From contig CAVYQE010000002.1 in assembly GCA_963770565.1 (NCBI GenBank), forward strand, positions 128,001 through 192,000: 64,000 nucleotides of DNA, given 5' to 3'. Of the stretch, positions 17,987 through 27,716 are shown piece after piece. The translations under genes and the position numbers were made by a program. Positions within the stretch are counted from its first letter, which is position 1. Each line of letters begins with the position of its first letter. Source of the DNA: an uncultured Actinomycetota bacterium. Its GTDB lineage: Bacteria; Actinomycetota; Actinomycetes; JAFAQI01. The notes under the pieces are model-generated. The model searched no databases. It was not told the origin of the DNA and saw only the letters and a list, made by a program, of their open reading frames with translations.

Positions 17987-19932
17987 TTGCCGCGCTGTAT
18001 CTCGTCGCCGTCTTCGTGGTCGTGTTTGGTGGGCTGCTGACGCTCGCGCCGGTTCAGTGGCGCCTGGGTCTGGGGGTGCAGGCTGCGGGTGCGGCACTGC
18101 TGGTGGTGGCAGGGCTCGCGACGCTGGTGACCGGGCACACCGTGGGCGCACCGTTCGCGAGCGAGCTTGCGCCGCGTCTGGGTGTCGATCGGCTCTCAGG
18201 TTTGTTCGTTGCCACGCTCGGGTTGGTTGCTGCACCGGTGGCCGTGTATTCGGCGCGTTATCTGGATGGTTCGCCTCGCGATCGTCTTGTGGGGGCTCTG
18301 ACCGGTGGATTCGTGCTGGCGATGGCGGGGGTGCTGTGTGCCCGTGACCCGGTCACGTTGCTCGGCGGCTGGGAGCTGATGACGTTGCTGCCGGCAGTCA
18401 TCATCCTGATCGCTCGCTCGGCGGATCCACACTCACGGCGGACGGTGTTCACCTATCTGGCGATCACTCACCTGGGTGGGGTGGGGACCTGGGTCGCGGT
18501 GCTGCTGCTGGCGGATGCGGGTGCGCTCGGTGGGTCGGGTGTGATCGCGCCGGGCTCGGCGTTGCAGATCGGGATCGCGCTGGCCGCGCTGGTCGGGATG
18601 GGCACGAAGGCGGGTGTCGTGCCGTTGCATGCCTGGCTGCCGCGGGCACATCCGATCGCGCCTGCGCCTGTGTCGGCGTTGATGAGCGGTGTGATGATCA
18701 AGGTCGCGATCTACGCGATGATCCGGGTGTTCATCGACTGGCTCGGGGTGCTCCCGCTGTGGTTCGGGGTCCTGGTCCTCGGTGTCGGCGCGGTGTCCGC
18801 TCTCGGTGGGGTCACCTACGCGCTGTTCAGTCATGAGCTCAAGCGGCTGCTCGCGCTGCATTCGATCGAGAACGTCGGCATCATCGTGCTCGGGCTCGGC
18901 GCCTGTCTGGTGCTGCGAGCCCGGGGGGAGGACACCTGGGCGGCGCTGGCGCTGGCGGCGGCACTGCTGCACACCGTGAACCACGCAGTGTTCAAGGCGT
19001 TGTTGTTCCTCGGCGCCGGATCGATCGAGCGCGCGACGGGATCACTCGAGCTCGACCGCCTCGGTGGGCTGCTACGCCGGATGCCGTGGACCGGGGGCGC
19101 GTTCTTCGTCGGGGCGATGGCGATCAGCGGGCTCCCGCCGTTCAACGGGTTCGCCTCGGAGTGGCTGACACTGCAAGCGCTGCTGCACGTCCCGATGTCC
19201 GGTCATGCCGACGACGGCGTGGCCGGCGCCCTCGCGCTTGCCGCGCTCGGCGGGACCGCCGCCCTGGCGGTGTTCTGCTTCGTAAAGGTGGTCGGGCTGG
19301 TCCTGCTGGGTCCGCCGCGACGCGCCGCGGCCCGCGACGCGCACGAGGTCGCGGTCTCGATGCGGGCAGCGATGGTGGGTCTGGCGGCGGCATGTGTGGT
19401 GCTCGGCGTCGTGCCGGGTCTACTGGTGAGCCGGCTGGTCGCGGTCGCTCCGTGGCCCGTGCATCTCGTGGGTCATCCCGGCCTGTCCGTGCCGGGCACA
19501 GGATCGTTGCCAACCGTGGCCATCGCCGTCGTCCTGGTTGCGGTCACCGCCGGGCTCATTGGCTTACGTGGCCGGCGAGTGGCTGCGCCCGCCGCGACCT
19601 GGGTGTGCGGGCAGCCGGTGGTCGCGCAGCTGAACTGGTCGAGCGCGGGGTTCAGCAAACCGCTGCGGCTGGTGCTGGAGTCCGTGCTGCGCCCGCGCCG
19701 GGAGATTGAGGTACTCACCTCGTCCGCCGGCATCGTCACCGGCGTCTCGTATCACGGTGAGGTACCGAACCTGATCGACGAGCGGGTATACGGGCCGGTG
19801 GCCCGATGGTCACTGACTGGCGCAGCGTACGCGCGCCGGCTGCAGAGCGGAACCCTCGGGACCTACGTGGCGTACCTGATCGGCCTGGTCGTCGCGGTGC
19901 TGGTCGCCGGGCGGATCGGCTGGCTGGGATGA
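17983..19932 (+). CDS. hyfB: Hydrogenase-4 component B-like antiporter subunit (HyfB/NuoL-M family)
   Basis: WELMT, KAGVVPLHAWLPRAHP.AP..VSALMSG, LKRLLALHSIEN, NHAVFKALLF, PPFNGFASEW. Confidence 0.85.
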   Translation: MIAALYLVAVFVVVFGGLLTLAPVQWRLGLGVQAAGAALLVVAGLATLVTGHTVGAPFASELAPRLGVDRLSGLFVATLGLVAAPVAVYSARYLDGSPRDRLVGALTGGFVLAMAGVLCARDPVTLLGGWELMTLLPAVIILIARSADPHSRRTVFTYLAITHLGGVGTWVAVLLLADAGALGGSGVIAPGSALQIGIALAALVGMGTKAGVVPLHAWLPRAHPIAPAPVSALMSGVMIKVAIYAMIRVFIDWLGVLPLWFGVLVLGVGAVSALGGVTYALFSHELKRLLALHSIENVGIIVLGLGACLVLRARGEDTWAALALAAALLHTVNHAVFKALLFLGAGSIERATGSLELDRLGGLLRRMPWTGGAFFVGAMAISGLPPFNGFASEWLTLQALLHVPMSGHADDGVAGALALAALGGTAALAVFCFVKVVGLVLLGPPRRAAARDAHEVAVSMRAAMVGLAAACVVLGVVPGLLVSRLVAVAPWPVHLVGHPGLSVPGTGSLPTVAIAVVLVAVTAGLIGLRGRRVAAPAATWVCGQPVVAQLNWSSAGFSKPLRLVLESVLRPRREIEVLTSSAGIVTGVSYHGEVPNLIDERVYGPVARWSLTGAAYARRLQSGTLGTYVAYLIGLVVAVLVAGRIGWLG

Positions 19933-20853
19933 CCGCGGCGAACGTCGCGAGCGGCGCGGTCGAGCTTCTCGGCGGCATCGCGGTTGCGCCGCTGCTGCCG
20001 GGTCTTGATCCAGCACTGGAAGGCGAGGCTGCAGGGCCGGCGCGGACCCTCGCCGGTTCAGCCCTACCGGGAGCTACGACGGCTCTGGCGCAAGAGCGTC
20101 GTCGACGTCGCGGGCACCACCGCGGTCTACCGGCTGGTACCGGCCGTCGTCGCGGCCAGCTGTCTCGCCGCAATCGCGGTGGTGCCGGTCACTGCGGCCG
20201 CTCCAGACCTCGGTCTCGGTCATGACCTGATCACGGTCGTTGGCCTGCTGGCGTTGGCCCGGTTCGCTGCCGCGGCCGGCACCTGGGACGCCTCGAACGG
20301 GTTCGCATTGATGGGAGCGAGCCGTGACCTCACGCTGTCGGTGTTCGTCGAGGCGGCGTTGCTGCTGGCGCTCGCGGTCGTCGCCGTACTGGCCAGGACC
20401 ACGAACCTGGTGGGGATGGTCGCGGCCAGCGCTGGTGGCGGGGTGTGGTCGAGCCCGGCCCTGCCGCTCGGCGCGGTCGCGTTCGCGATCGTGGTCGTCG
20501 CCGAGACCGGCCGGCAGCCCTTCGACAACCCCGACACCCATCTCGAGCTGACCATGATCCATGAAGGCCCGCTGCTGGAGTACGCGGGCCGTGACCTCGC
20601 CTATCTGCAGTGGTCAGCCGCCGTGCGGCACTGGCTGGTTCTGGTGCTCGCCGCACAGCTGTTCGTGCCGCATCCGAGGAACGTCTGGTGGCAGCTCGGG
20701 TTGCTGCCGGTCGTGCTCGTGGTGCTGTGCGGCGCGCTGGCGCTGGTCGAGACGGTACAGGTGAAGATGCGGATCTTGGCCGCCCCGCGGCTACTCGCGG
20801 TCGCCGCGGTGGCTGCAGTTCTCGGTGTGGCCGGTCAGGCCGGTGGCTGGTGA
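19929..20853 (+). CDS. hyfC: HyfC/HycD (NuoH-like) membrane subunit; single frameshift near 20005
   Basis: MTAANVASG...PLLPG(L) then frame change at GGTCTTGATC to IQHWKARLQGRRGP; ETGRQPFDNPDTHLELTMIHE. Confidence 0.8.
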
Positions 20854-21461
20854 CTGGCGCTGCGGGGTGGCTGCTCGTCGCGCTCGGGCTCGGCGTGGTC
20901 GTGGTACGCCGACGGTCGGTCGCGGTCGGATTGGTCACGGTGCAGGCGCTGGTGGTCGCTGTGACTGCGCTGGTCGACTCCGCTTCGACGAGTGAGGTGG
21001 TCGCCGGGCTGACCCTCGCCGTGCGGGCGGTCGCGCTCGGCGTGCTGTTCCTGCTCGCGGTCTCCCGCAGCCGGGAAGCTCAACCGGTGCGCGCCCGGGT
21101 GCCACCCACGGTCCGGGTGGGCATCGCCGTGGTGCTCATGCTGGTGCTGACCGAGTTGGTGCCGGCGTACGGGCTCACCTCACGCTCGGCCGAGCGATCG
21201 GTGCTCGCGCTGGTCGCAGCGGGTCTGGTGTGCGCCGCGACCAGGCGGGCCACGCTGTTCCAGGTACTCGGGATCGTGGTGGTTGACAACGGGTTGGCGC
21301 TGGCCGCCGTCACCTCGCCGCACACCTCGTCGCTGGTAATCGAGCTCGGGGTGACCCTCGACCTCACCCTGATCGTCTGTGTCGCCGCCCTGTTCCACCT
21401 CCGGATCTTCACCGAGTTCGGCGCCGGCGACAGCGCAGCAATGCGGAGACTGCGTGACTAG
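20850..21461 (+). CDS. hyfE: HyfE-like membrane subunit
   Basis: Hydrophobic ~203 aa; TRRATLFQVLGIVVVDNG, IELGVTLD; position in operon. Confidence 0.75.
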   Translation: MTGAAGWLLVALGLGVVVVRRRSVAVGLVTVQALVVAVTALVDSASTSEVVAGLTLAVRAVALGVLFLLAVSRSREAQPVRARVPPTVRVGIAVVLMLVLTELVPAYGLTSRSAERSVLALVAAGLVCAATRRATLFQVLGIVVVDNGLALAAVTSPHTSSLVIELGVTLDLTLIVCVAALFHLRIFTEFGAGDSAAMRRLRD

Positions 21462-22917
21462 CACCCAAACGCTGGCCGTGACGGTTGTGGCAGTCCCGCT
21501 CGCCACGGCGGCGCTCGTCGGGCTGGTCCCAGTGAGTCGGCTCCGCATGGTCGCGCGGGTCGGCGCGGTCGCGACCTCGATCCTCGCGCTGACCCTGGCC
21601 GGTCTCGCCGGGCACGCCGCCGCCCGTCCGGTCACCGGGCGGTGGATCGTCATCGACGCCGCCGGTGCACTTCTCCTCGCCGTAGTGGCTGTCGTCGGTC
21701 TAGCGAGCGTGCTGACCTCGTCGTCCTACCTGAGCAGCGCGGGTGGGTCGTTGGTCGCCGAGCACCGTCGCGACCGGGTGTACTACCTGGTCTTGCTGGT
21801 GTTCTGGGCGATCCTGCTGGCGGTGCCACTGGCCGGCAACCTCGGAGCGGCGTGGCTGCTGATCGAGGCAACCACCGCCGCGTCAGCGATGCTGGTCGGG
21901 TTCAGCGGGAAGGCTCACGCGCTTGAGGCGGGCTGGAAATACCTGATCCTCACCTCGCTCGGGCTCGGTGTCGCGCTGCTCGGGATCGCGATCCTCGCCG
22001 CCGGCGACCATAGCGGTGGGATCGACGGGCTGGCCTGGGCCCGGCTCGCGACGGTCGGGTCCGGGCGTTCGGTGATCCTGACGGCCTACCTGCTGGTGAT
22101 GGTCGGACTGGCCACCAAGATCGGATGGGCACCGGTGCACAACTGGCTGCCCGACGCCCACTCCGAGGCGCCACCACCAGTCTCCGCGCTGCTGTCCGCC
22201 GCTCTGCTCCCGACCGTCCTGCTGGTTGCCTGGCGAACCGAGCACGCGTTGGCACCGGTACTCGGAATCCATGCCGCGCAACGGGTCCTGATCGGGTTCG
22301 GGCTGGTCTCGCTTGCGGTCGCGGTGCCGTTCCTGTGGCGGCCGATGCCGTTCAAGCGGCTGCTCGCCTACTCCAGCCTGGAACACCTCGGGGTCATGGC
22401 GCTCGGGATCGGGTTCGGCACCCCGCTCGCGCTGACCGGGGTCGCCGTACACATCGCCGGTCACGCGGTCGCCAAATCGCTCGGCTTCTACGCCGCCACC
22501 CCGCTGCTCAGCCACGAGCCCCGCGCCGCCCGGCACGCCGTCAGCGGGATCGGACGCACCTCGCCCGCGCTCGGCGCCACCATCGGCATCTCTCTCGGGG
22601 CGCTGTCCGGGCTACCGCCCTCACCGCTGTTCGTCAGCGAGGTGCTGATCCTCGCCGGCGGAGTCGCCTCCGGCCGGCCGTGGCCCGCCGCCATCGCCGC
22701 AGTGCTGCTTGCGCTGGGGTTCCTCGGACTCGCGCACGCCGGCATCGACACCGTCGCCGGCCGCCCACACCGCCGGCGGCACCGCGCGCCGACCGGCCTG
22801 CGCGCGGTCACCGTCCTCGCCGGCGCATCGCTTGTCCTGCTGGCCGGGCTCGCCGCGGCGGCACCCTGGCTGTCCGGCGGTAGCTTCGTCGCCGCTCTCG
22901 TCCGGGGCGTGCCATGA
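21454..22917 (+). CDS. hyfF: HyfF-like antiporter subunit
   Basis: WLLIEATT, ALEAGWKYLI, TKIGWAPVHNWLPDAHSEAP, KRLLAYSSLEH, LPPSPLFVSE. Confidence 0.85.
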   Translation: MTSTQTLAVTVVAVPLATAALVGLVPVSRLRMVARVGAVATSILALTLAGLAGHAAARPVTGRWIVIDAAGALLLAVVAVVGLASVLTSSSYLSSAGGSLVAEHRRDRVYYLVLLVFWAILLAVPLAGNLGAAWLLIEATTAASAMLVGFSGKAHALEAGWKYLILTSLGLGVALLGIAILAAGDHSGGIDGLAWARLATVGSGRSVILTAYLLVMVGLATKIGWAPVHNWLPDAHSEAPPPVSALLSAALLPTVLLVAWRTEHALAPVLGIHAAQRVLIGFGLVSLAVAVPFLWRPMPFKRLLAYSSLEHLGVMALGIGFGTPLALTGVAVHIAGHAVAKSLGFYAATPLLSHEPRAARHAVSGIGRTSPALGATIGISLGALSGLPPSPLFVSEVLILAGGVASGRPWPAAIAAVLLALGFLGLAHAGIDTVAGRPHRRRHRAPTGLRAVTVLAGASLVLLAGLAAAAPWLSGGSFVAALVRGVP

Positions 22918-24323
22918 CAGCCGCCCCGCTTACTGGCGCCGAGTACCGCGCCGAGGTCGAGACCGCCCTCGACGACGGATGGCGGCCCCGGAGCCTGTAC
23001 GCGACCGAAGGCGGACGGCTGATCCGCCTGCTGCTGACCGGGCCCGACGGTCAGACCCGGCTTTCCACCGTCGAGGTCGACCCTGACCGGGGTGTCCCGT
23101 CAATCGTCGACCTGGCGCCGGCGATGGGCTGGGACGAACGGGAAGCCCATGACCTCTACCGGGTGCAGTTCGCCGGTCATGAACCGATCCGGCCGTTGGT
23201 CGACCACACTGCGGCGCTGGACGCATGGACTGTGCCGGTCCGTGGGCGTGACCCCTATCAGGTTGCGGTCGGCCCCATCCACGCCGGGGTGATCGAGTCC
23301 GGGCACTTCCGGTTCCATGTCGTCGGCGACCGGATCCTGCATCTGGACGCCCAACTGTTCTACAAACACCGCGGCCTCGAACGCGCCGCGGAAGGGCTGA
23401 CCGCAACCGCGGCGCTCCCCGTCGTCGCGCGGGCCTGCGCCGCGTGCACCGTCGCGAACAGCGTCGCGTTCGCCACCGCGACTGAAAACAGCCTCGGACT
23501 TCGAGGCACCGACGAGCTCACCCGGGCACGGACCCTGCTTCTCGAACTGGAGCGAGTATGGAACCACCTCAACGACATCGCCGCGATCTGCGCCGGAACC
23601 GGGATGGCCGCCGGCAACAGCTACTTCCTCGCCCTCACCGAACGCGCCCGGGCACTCAACGCCCGAGTCACCGGCCACCGGTTCCTGTTCGGTGCGGTCC
23701 AGATCGGAGCCAGCGACTTGCATCTCGACCCCGACACCCACCGGATGTGTGCGCAGGAACTGGACGCGATGCGTGTCGCCGCGGACGCCGGCTGGCGTGA
23801 CCTTGAGTTCAATACTTCCTTCCAGGACCGGCTCGACAAGATCGGGATCATTGATGCGGCCAGCGCGCACCGGCTCGGCGTGGTCGGCCCAGCCGCCCGC
23901 GCCGCCGGCGTCGCCGACGACGCCCGGGCCACCTCCACGTACCCCGCCTATGCCGACCTGGTCCCGGTCACCGCAGCGATCGCGACCGGTGACGTGAATG
24001 CCCGGGCCACCCAGCGGATCCTCGAGCTCCGACAATCATTCGACCTGATCACGGCGGTGCTCACACACGGACCGATCACCCCCAGCATCGCCGCCAACGA
24101 CAACGGCCCCACTCCGATCGGAGCCGGAATGACCGAAAGCCCACGCGGCGCCACCAGCTGCATCTGCGAATACACCAACCACAAACTGCAGCGAGTGCAC
24201 CTACGGACCGGCTCCTACGCCAACTGGCCGGCCGTTGCGCACGCCGCCACCGGCAACCTGCTCCCCGACTTCCCGCTGATCAACAAGAGCTTCGAGCTCT
24301 GCTACGCCTGTGCGGACCGCTGA
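22914..24323 (+). CDS. hycE: Group-4 [NiFe]-hydrogenase-type large subunit (NuoC+D-like fusion, HycE-like)
   Basis: VGPIHAGVIESGHFRF, YKHRGLE, RACAAC (L1), ELERVWNHL, ESPRG, DFPLINKSFELCYACADR (L2). Confidence 0.85.
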   Translation: MTAAPLTGAEYRAEVETALDDGWRPRSLYATEGGRLIRLLLTGPDGQTRLSTVEVDPDRGVPSIVDLAPAMGWDEREAHDLYRVQFAGHEPIRPLVDHTAALDAWTVPVRGRDPYQVAVGPIHAGVIESGHFRFHVVGDRILHLDAQLFYKHRGLERAAEGLTATAALPVVARACAACTVANSVAFATATENSLGLRGTDELTRARTLLLELERVWNHLNDIAAICAGTGMAAGNSYFLALTERARALNARVTGHRFLFGAVQIGASDLHLDPDTHRMCAQELDAMRVAADAGWRDLEFNTSFQDRLDKIGIIDAASAHRLGVVGPAARAAGVADDARATSTYPAYADLVPVTAAIATGDVNARATQRILELRQSFDLITAVLTHGPITPSIAANDNGPTPIGAGMTESPRGATSCICEYTNHKLQRVHLRTGSYANWPAVAHAATGNLLPDFPLINKSFELCYACADR

Positions 24324-24796
24324 TGTTCACCCTGCTCCGCGACCTCCGACAGCTTCGACGACACCTCGACCTGCCCCGCCCCGACCGTGGCCGCAGCCTC
24401 GCGATCCGCCACGTCGACGCCGGATCATGCAACGGCTGCGAACACGAACTCTCCCTTACCGCCGGCCCGCACCACGACCTGCAACGCTTCGGCCTCGGGA
24501 TCGTCGCCTCACCCCGACACGCCGACCTCCTGCTCGTCACCGGCACCGTCACCACCCGGATGCACCAAGCGCTACTCACTGCCCACCAAGCAATGCCCGA
24601 ACCACGCCGCGTCGCCGCCCTCGGCAACTGCGCCCTCGGCATCAACGTCTACGCCCAGCCCGGCACCCTCATCGGACCCGTCGCCGACATCCTGCCCGTC
24701 GACCTCACCATCCCCGGTTGCCCACCCACACCCCAGCAGATCGCGGAAGGATTACTCACCCTTCTCGACCGAGACCGCTCGGGTGCCTCCCGCTAA
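24323..24796 (+). CDS. hycG: Hydrogenase small subunit (HycG/NuoB-like Fe-S protein)
   Basis: DAGSCNGCE, SPRHADLLLVTG, LGNCA, IPGCPPTP. Confidence 0.88.
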   Translation: MFTLLRDLRQLRRHLDLPRPDRGRSLAIRHVDAGSCNGCEHELSLTAGPHHDLQRFGLGIVASPRHADLLLVTGTVTTRMHQALLTAHQAMPEPRRVAALGNCALGINVYAQPGTLIGPVADILPVDLTIPGCPPTPQQIAEGLLTLLDRDRSGASR

Positions 24797-24841
24797 CCGG
24801 CCGGTGCAGCGATGCGACAGCGAAACGCGCGCGCACGTGGT

Positions 24842-25045
24842 GGGTCATGTGGAACTTGCAGGCAATGGTAGGAATTGATCTTGAAAAAGCAGCCAGGCCA
24901 TGATCGGAATCCAGCGGACCTTTTCCGTTTGTTACCAACGTTTTGCCTGGCACTGGCCGGCATCCACAGGCACCGGGGGGAGGTCCACCTTTTGGGGGCC
25001 CAGTAGGGAACATGACCCTCCAGGTGAAAGGAGCGCTGTCGTGGC
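24842..25045. repeat. Junction J2: arm A fused directly to arm B (tRNA core deleted)
   Basis: GGGTCATG..GGAAC..AATGGTAGGAATTGATCTTGAAAAAGCAGCCAGGCCATGATC joined to GGAATCCA...CCTGGCACTGGCCGG..CCACAGGCACCGG..GGGCCCAGTAGGGAAC..CTCCAGGTG.AAAGGAGCG..GTG, collinear with 27580-27640 and 27751-27890. Confidence 0.85.
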
Positions 25046-25081
25046 AGAAACCACTCATCGGGGCCAGCGACCGGGAATGCG

Positions 25082-25738
25082 TCAACCGCGTTCGGCTGGT
25101 GCACGCCTGAAAAGGGGCGGGAGGTAGCGCACCATCAGCGCCGACCAGGTGAGATGTGTGAGCATTGGTGCCTGCACGCCGCCCGATATCCGGCGCTCCC
25201 ACGCAAACAGCGTTCCCATCACCGCAGAGGCAAGCACCAGCGCGGAGTTCTTCGTTGCGGTTGTGGCCAACACGTAGCCCGCGGTGGAGACCACGACCGG
25301 GTTGTATGTCCCTGCGGCGGTGTAGAGCGCGCCGCGGAAGAACAGCTCTTCGGCGGCGCCGTTCGCGAGTGCGGTGAGCATGACGAGCCGGTTTGATCCT
25401 TGGTGGGCGTACTGCAGGATCGACGTGAGCGCCTCGTTGAGGACTGGGGCACGGCGCGCCACGAGCGCACCACCGTAAAAGGCGGCGAAGGCACCGGCCC
25501 CGACGAGGACGGGCACGACCACCGGTCCGAGTCCACCCGAATTCTCGGGCTGAGGATTGAAATGCATTGCTCCCGAGCTCAGCCCGCCGACCGTCCAGAC
25601 CGACGCGACTCCGAGAGTCAGGGCGTAGAACTCCACCGAGTCCGGCTCGGTCGACAACGACAAGCCGAGAAGACCGACACCCGCGACGCCAGCCGCGGCG
25701 ACTCTGCGGCGCGGATGCCGAAGTCCTCCGACGGTCAC
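25082..25738 (-). CDS. CPBP/CAAX family intramembrane metalloprotease
   Basis: AEELFFRG, RRISGGVQAPMLTHLTW; hydrophobic. Confidence 0.85.
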   Translation of the reverse strand: MTVGGLRHPRRRVAAAGVAGVGLLGLSLSTEPDSVEFYALTLGVASVWTVGGLSSGAMHFNPQPENSGGLGPVVVPVLVGAGAFAAFYGGALVARRAPVLNEALTSILQYAHQGSNRLVMLTALANGAAEELFFRGALYTAAGTYNPVVVSTAGYVLATTATKNSALVLASAVMGTLFAWERRISGGVQAPMLTHLTWSALMVRYLPPLFRRAPAERG

Positions 25739-26640
25739 TTGCGCCTCGCTCTCGCACGCTCACCCAATGCGAGCAGCACCGCAGCGTCATAACCCATCGG
25801 TTCGAACGGCACCAGCGCACGGATACCGTCGTCACGGACCACAACTTCGTTGCTCATCGAGTCGATTAGCGATCGGCCAGTCTGAACATCGACGTCGGTC
25901 ACGAGCGAGAGCCACCACGACGACAGCGATGGACTGAGCAGGGGTACCGGGATCACCATGGTGTGTCGTCCCTCGATGAGGGCAACGCGGCGCATCATCT
26001 CGACGTACTCCAGAACCTCCGGGCCGCCGATGTCGAAAGTTCGTCCCCGTGCCTCCGGCAGTTCCAGGACACCGACCAGATAGCGGATCACGTCGTCCAC
26101 AGCGATCGGCTGAGTCTTGGTTCGTACCCAACGCGGCGTGATCATCGCGGGCAGATGTTCGACGAGCTGGCGGGTCATCTCCCAGGAGATCCCACCGTGC
26201 CCGACGATGATGCCCGCGCGCAACGTGGTGACCGGAACCCCCGCCGACCCAAGAAGTGTCTCGACCTCTCGCCGGCTACGCAGATGGGCCGACAACGCGT
26301 CCTTGTCGTCGCCGAGACCACCAAGGTAGACGATCCGATCCACACCCACCTCGGCCGCGCAGCGTCCAAACACGCGCGCACCGGCCGCATCGAGATCAGC
26401 GAAGTTCACGGCGTCGAGAGCATGCACGAGGTAGTACGCACACTCACATCCACCCATCGCCGCTAGGAGGGAGGCAGCGTCATCGACATCGCCCCGCACC
26501 GCGGTCCCCGCACCCCGATAGGCGTCAGGACGACGCGTCATCGCCCGCACCTCGTAGCCGGCACCGACCAGAGCCGAGGACAGCCGACCACCCACGAACC
26601 CCGACGCGCCAGCCACCAGCACCCTCACGATCCAGGTCAT
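25735..26640 (-). CDS. NAD(P)H-binding epimerase/dehydratase-like (atypical SDR)
   Basis: VLVAGASGFVG, AYYLVH, IVYLGGL, HLRSRREVE, TQPIAVDDV. Confidence 0.88.
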   Translation of the reverse strand: MTWIVRVLVAGASGFVGGRLSSALVGAGYEVRAMTRRPDAYRGAGTAVRGDVDDAASLLAAMGGCECAYYLVHALDAVNFADLDAAGARVFGRCAAEVGVDRIVYLGGLGDDKDALSAHLRSRREVETLLGSAGVPVTTLRAGIIVGHGGISWEMTRQLVEHLPAMITPRWVRTKTQPIAVDDVIRYLVGVLELPEARGRTFDIGGPEVLEYVEMMRRVALIEGRHTMVIPVPLLSPSLSSWWLSLVTDVDVQTGRSLIDSMSNEVVVRDDGIRALVPFEPMGYDAAVLLALGERARARRK

Positions 26641-26754
26641 CCCCATCTGTTCCCGCCGCACACCCCTAGGCACCGAAAGCAGCGAGCGTCCTTGCTTCGA
26701 TGCTCTGGCCGCCGACGGGTACGGGCCCAGCCGCACCAACGCCAGCCGCCCGGT

Positions 26755-26794
26755 GCCCAGTAGGGAACGATGACCCTCCAGGTGGCAAGGGGCG
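26755..26794. repeat. Junction J3: short arm B remnant
   Basis: GCCCAGTAGGGAACGATGACCCTCCAGGTGGCAAGGGGCG versus GCCCAGTAGGGAACGATGACGCTCCAGGTGGAAAGGAGCG at 27843. Confidence 0.8.
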
Positions 26795-26811
26795 ACCGGC
26801 CGGCTGTCGGC

Positions 26812-27355
26812 TCAGGACGTGGAGAACTCCACACCGTCCAGGCTTACCGGACCCGGCTGGAAAGTCGGCCTCCACGAAGCCCTTCTTGTCGATGAACAGG
26901 GCCCCGAACTCGTCAGAGCCATTCATATTCACCGTGAGCCATTTGAAGGCGTCCGGGCGGGCGTTCTTCGGCAGGGTGAATGCGACCGTCGCGCTGAGAC
27001 CACCTGTCATTACGCCCTGGAGGTGCACTATCCCCTGAGCGTCCACTGCGTAGGACGGGACGTCGTAGTAAACCGTGGAGTACACCACCCAGGGGTTCTG
27101 CAGCGCCAGCTTGTGCCAAACCAGCTTCGGCAACGTCTTCGCCTCCGGCACGACACCGAGCGTCGACTCCTTGACCTGCTTACCGGTGACCGTATTGTTC
27201 TTCAACCGGTTCCCGGCGATCGAATGCTCTTTGATCGTGCTTCCGTTGACCTTGCTGGAGATCTGGTGCGCTGCGGCTGGCGCCTCGAGACCTATCGCCA
27301 GCGCTACCACGGCGACGAGAAAGGTTCCCGACGGCTTGATTCTGCGAATGTTCAT
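26812..27355 (-). CDS. Secreted protein with phage-tail-tip-like C-terminal beta domain; probable frameshift near the 3' end
   Basis: GGAGG RBS; signal peptide; GSTIK..SIAG..LKNNTVTG repeats; LQNPW...YAVDAQGIVHLQG...AFTLP..ARP; natural-looking end SLDGVEFSTS* lies in another frame. Confidence 0.6.
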
Positions 27356-27627
27356 CGTGACCTCCAAGGCAGGCTCGGTACCGGGACAAGGCATCAGCAC
27401 CAACACCGGGTAGACCGCGGCCGTATCGGCGTACCTCCCGGTCGCGCCCATCCTCCCGGTATCCCGATATCGAAGACAACCCCACCACCGCCGCCGGTAC
27501 GACGTAGTGGGTGACCTACCCGGAGGAGTACTCCGGCAGCTGCAACACCGTCGGCTGCGAACGGAGGCTTGGACCTCTGGGTCATGGGAACGGTTAGGAA
27601 ATGGTAGGGATTGATCGTGAAAAGCAG

Positions 27628-27656
27628 CAGGGCCATGATCGTTGATCATGGCCCTG
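27628..27656 (-). terminator. Intrinsic terminator-like hairpin in arm A
   Basis: CAGGGCCATGATC-3nt-GATCATGGCCCTG followed on the minus strand by CTGCTTTT. Confidence 0.7.
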
Positions 27657-27672
27657 ACCTGCGGTCTTGCCT

Positions 27673-27716
27673 AGTGGCGGGGGTAGGATTTGAACCTACG
27701 ACCTCTGGGTTATGAG
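27673..27716 (-). repeat. att core: exact 44-bp duplicate of the tRNA-fMet 3' half
   Basis: AGTGGCGGGGGTAGGATTTGAACCTACGACCTCTGGGTTATGAG is identical to 35770-35813. Confidence 0.95.

Noticed and set aside
27673-27716. Second tRNA-Met gene
   Set aside because: Only the 3' 44 nt are present; the 5' half (D arm, acceptor 5' strand) is missing, so it is an att core
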